Translations under genes and position numbers: made by a program
Assembly (NCBI RefSeq): GCF_020745735.1
Contig: NC_083435.1
Span: 22,009,231-22,073,230 of the forward strand
Length of the DNA: 64,000 bases
Direction of reading: 5' to 3'
Source of the DNA: Hemiscyllium ocellatum
Taxonomy: Eukaryota
Notes under the pieces: generated by a model
Database searches by the model: none
What the model was told of the DNA's origin: nothing
The model's input: the letters and a program-made list of their open reading frames with translations, nothing else
In this document: positions 61,421 through 64,000 of the stretch, one piece after another
Layout: the number at the start of each line of letters is the position of its first letter
Position numbering within the stretch: position 1 is the stretch's first letter

Positions 61421-61730
61421 GGCAGTGGCTCAGTGGTTAGCGCCGCTGTCTCACGGTGCCAGGGACCCCGGTTCGATTCCGTCCTCTGGCAACTGTCTGC
61501 GTGGAGTTTGCCCGTGTCTGCGTGGGTTTCCTCCGGGTGCTCCAGTTTCCTCCCACCGTCCAGGGTGGATGGGCCATGCTAAATTACCCATAATGCTCAG
61601 GGATGTGTGGGTCGGGTGCATTAGTGAGGGGTAAATGTAGAGAAATAGGGTAATGGGTCTGGGTGGGTCACTCTTCAGAGGGGTCGGTATGGACTTGTTG
61701 GGCCGAATGGACAGTGATTCTACCGTAGGC
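61421..61730 (+). mobile_element. HE1-type SINE
   Basis: gcagtggctcagtggttagcgccg..ccggttcgattcc head and HE1 3' region. Confidence 0.8.
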
Positions 61731-62113
61731 TTTTATAATAGATTGGGCAATTACCTGAGGGGAGGGAGAAACACAAGAACAGCAGGAGGCCACTCAGCCC
61801 CTCAAGAGCCTGCTCCGCCATTCAGTGAGAGATCATGGCGGACCCTGTGGCCTCACGCTCCGTACCTGCCTTTGGCCCCCACCCCTTTAGGCCTTCGCTT
61901 AAACACGGAGGTATCTCTCTCTCTCAGATCTGAGGTGAAAAACTGGCCCAGCATCCACTGCCGTTTGTGGGAGAGGGTTCCCCAGACCGTCCCCCGGCCT
62001 TTGGGTGTAGCTGAGACATGGGCCAGGTGCTGGCAACCTCGATTAGTCTTGGATATCTGGTCGGCGTGGACGGGTTGGACCGAAGGGTCTGTTTCCGTGC
62101 TGTATGGCTCTAT

Positions 62114-62723
62114 GGCGGCACAGTGGTTAGCACCGCTGCCTCACGGTGCCGGGTTCGATCCCAGCCTCGGGCGACTGTCTGTGTGGAGTTTGCACATTCT
62201 CCCCGTGTCTGCGTGGGTTTCCTCCGGGTGCTCCGGTTTCCTCCCACAGTCACAAAGATGTGCAGGTTAGGAGAATTGGCCATGGGAAATTGCCTCAGTG
62301 TGTAGGGATGTGCAGGTTAGGGTGGATTGGCCATGCTAAATTGTCCCATAGTGCCCAGGGATGTGCAGGTTAGGGTGGATTGGCCATGCTAAATTGTCCC
62401 ATAGTGTCCAGGGATGTGTAGGTTAGGGTGGATTGGCCATGCTAAATTGTCCCATAGTGTTCAGGGGTGTGCAGGTTAGGGTGGATTGGCCATGCTAAAT
62501 TGTCCCATAGTGCCCAGGGATGTGCAGGTTAGGGTGGATTGTCCGTGCTAAATTGTCCCATAGTGCCCAGGGATGTACAGGTTAGGGTGGATTGGCCGTG
62601 CTAAATTGTCTCATAGTGTTCAGGGATGTGTAGGTTAGGGTGGATTCGTCAGGGGTAAATGTAGAGTAATAGGGTAGGGGAATGGGCCTGGATGTTGGGC
62701 CGAAGGGCCTGTTCCCACTCTGT
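62114..62723 (+). mobile_element. HE1-type SINE with a ~7.5x internal 53-bp tandem expansion
   Basis: Head at 62114. Unit GATGTGCAGGTTAGGGTGGATTGGCCATGCTAAATTGTCCCATAGTGCCCAGG repeats over 62257-62646, followed by a HE1 3' end. Confidence 0.88.
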
Positions 62724-63060
62724 ATGATGACTCCAAGTGCTTCCTAACATCTCTCCTGAACAGAACGGCCCTAATCCCCAGACCACGCCCCTTGTTTACA
62801 CGGGTCCCTGACCCGCATAAACAGTTTATCTCTATCGACCCTAAATCTCCTGATTGACGTCTTAGAGATTCCCAACCCTCTAACTTCCAGAGAGAACAGG
62901 CCCATGTTGGTACCATCTCTCTGTTGTGGGTCTACACGCTTCTCCCTCTGGCCCTTGGACGTGCAGGGCAGTGGGACGAGATTGCCTGTTGGCCGTGCGC
63001 CAGCGGGTCAGTACCCCAGGGAGGGCCCCTCGCTGGCCCTTGGGTGGGGGGGGCCCCTAC

Positions 63061-63233
63061 CTTCAGCAGCAGGTGGACCTGGCAGTGCTGGCTAACCACA
63101 GAGACCGCACAGCCGGCTGGGACGGCCTCTCGGGGGATCAGCAGCTGCACCGGACCCGAGCGGGACAGCGTCCGGAGGGGGCCCAGGAAGGGAGCCAGCC
63201 GGGCCCGCACGCCGGCCTCACAGGAGACGTACA
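63061..63233 (-). CDS. VARS2: Valyl-tRNA synthetase antepenultimate exon; the gene continues beyond the window
   Basis: tctgcag|TG..AAG|gtagg, 173 nt, phase 1/0. YVSCEAGVRARLAPFLGPLRTLSRSGPVQLLIPREAVPAGCAVSVVSQHCQVHLLLK. FLGPLRTL and GPVQLL recall VARS2 (FLEPLGTL, GAVGLL); PAGCAV..C.VHL.L is general ValRS. Confidence 0.8.
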
Positions 63234-64000
63234 CTGCAGACGGGACGGGGGGGAAGAGAGAGACAGACACACACACAGTCAGTGGGAGCTGCTCCACCTA
63301 GTGAAGATGGGCGAGCTGGGGGTGGGGGGAACAGAGAACCACCCCAGGGCACAGAGATGTCACAGGCAGGAGGAGTGGGGAAACCCCCCCCCCCCTCCAC
63401 ACTCCCCCCCACCCCACCGCGAGAAAACCTCCCCCCTCCCTCCGCACCCTGCCAGGGTCGGGGTAGTATTCAGACATCCCCTCGCCCGGGCTGGGCAATG
63501 GAGTGGGGAGGTGGGGGGGGGGGGGGAGGGGGGAGGCGGGGAGGGGAGAGGGGGGAGGCGGGGGGGGGGAGACGGGGAGGGAACACCAGGGCGTTGGACA
63601 GTGACCAGCACGATGGGCCAAATGGCCTATTCTCCACACTGTATCCAACTGCAACAGAGAGCGTGAGCCCAAACCCCTCTCCCCCTAGCACGCCCCTCCC
63701 CCAGATACCCGTCGCCCTGAGGTGGTCCCACCCCACCACACCGATTCCCACCCCCACCCCCTCCCCACCTCTGAGTGTTCGCCGTATGATAGCTCAGGAG
63801 TGCCACCCCCCCCCACCTAACCCTGAGCAAGCAGCTTCTCATCACCACCCCCCCCCCCCTGCCACAATGCCTCTGGGGGTAGGGAGCAGGGTGGCACCAG
63901 CAGCAGCAGCACCTCACCGATGGTCTACCCCACCCCCCATGGCCTGGTCCCCTGATACCCCTGCCCCCTCGCCAGTGCCCGTTTGTCCCCGGGGGTGTGG

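Noticed and set aside
63911-64000. Possible next upstream VARS exon ending at a GTGAG donor (~63917)
   Set aside because: The - strand translation does not resemble ValRS; the exon probably lies outside the window.

Overview
Eukaryotic vertebrate genomic DNA, almost certainly from a shark, inferred from abundant HE1-type tRNA-derived SINEs with (AATCT)n tails and HER1/CR1-like LINE ends. Three protein genes are supported. (1) The last two coding exons of POLR1H/ZNRD1 (Pol I subunit RPA12), + strand, 76-185 and 1029-1053. (2) MGAT1 (GlcNAc-transferase I), with one intronless coding exon at 40455-41846 (+), a probable CpG-island promoter and non-coding first exon about 34 kb upstream (~6200-6454), and probably a long 3' UTR. 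(3) The last three coding exons of a valyl-tRNA synthetase, most likely VARS2, on the - strand (63233-63061, 59197-59048, 57617-57528), convergent with MGAT1. The rest is intron and intergenic DNA rich in SINEs, LINE fragments, Penelope-like fragments and tandem repeats. Highlights: a 209-bp palindromic insertion with a 15-bp target-site duplication that carries a minimal hammerhead-ribozyme core; MGAT1 lying between two MHC-region framework genes; 320 consecutive G/C-ending codons in MGAT1; two minisatellites whose units each contain a hairpin; and a Tx1/L1-like element inserted in a HE1 SINE tail. Most long ORFs in the supplied track are artefacts of repeats. Repeat boundaries are approximate and family names come from recalled consensus features, not from a search. 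I found no convincing wholly novel gene system.
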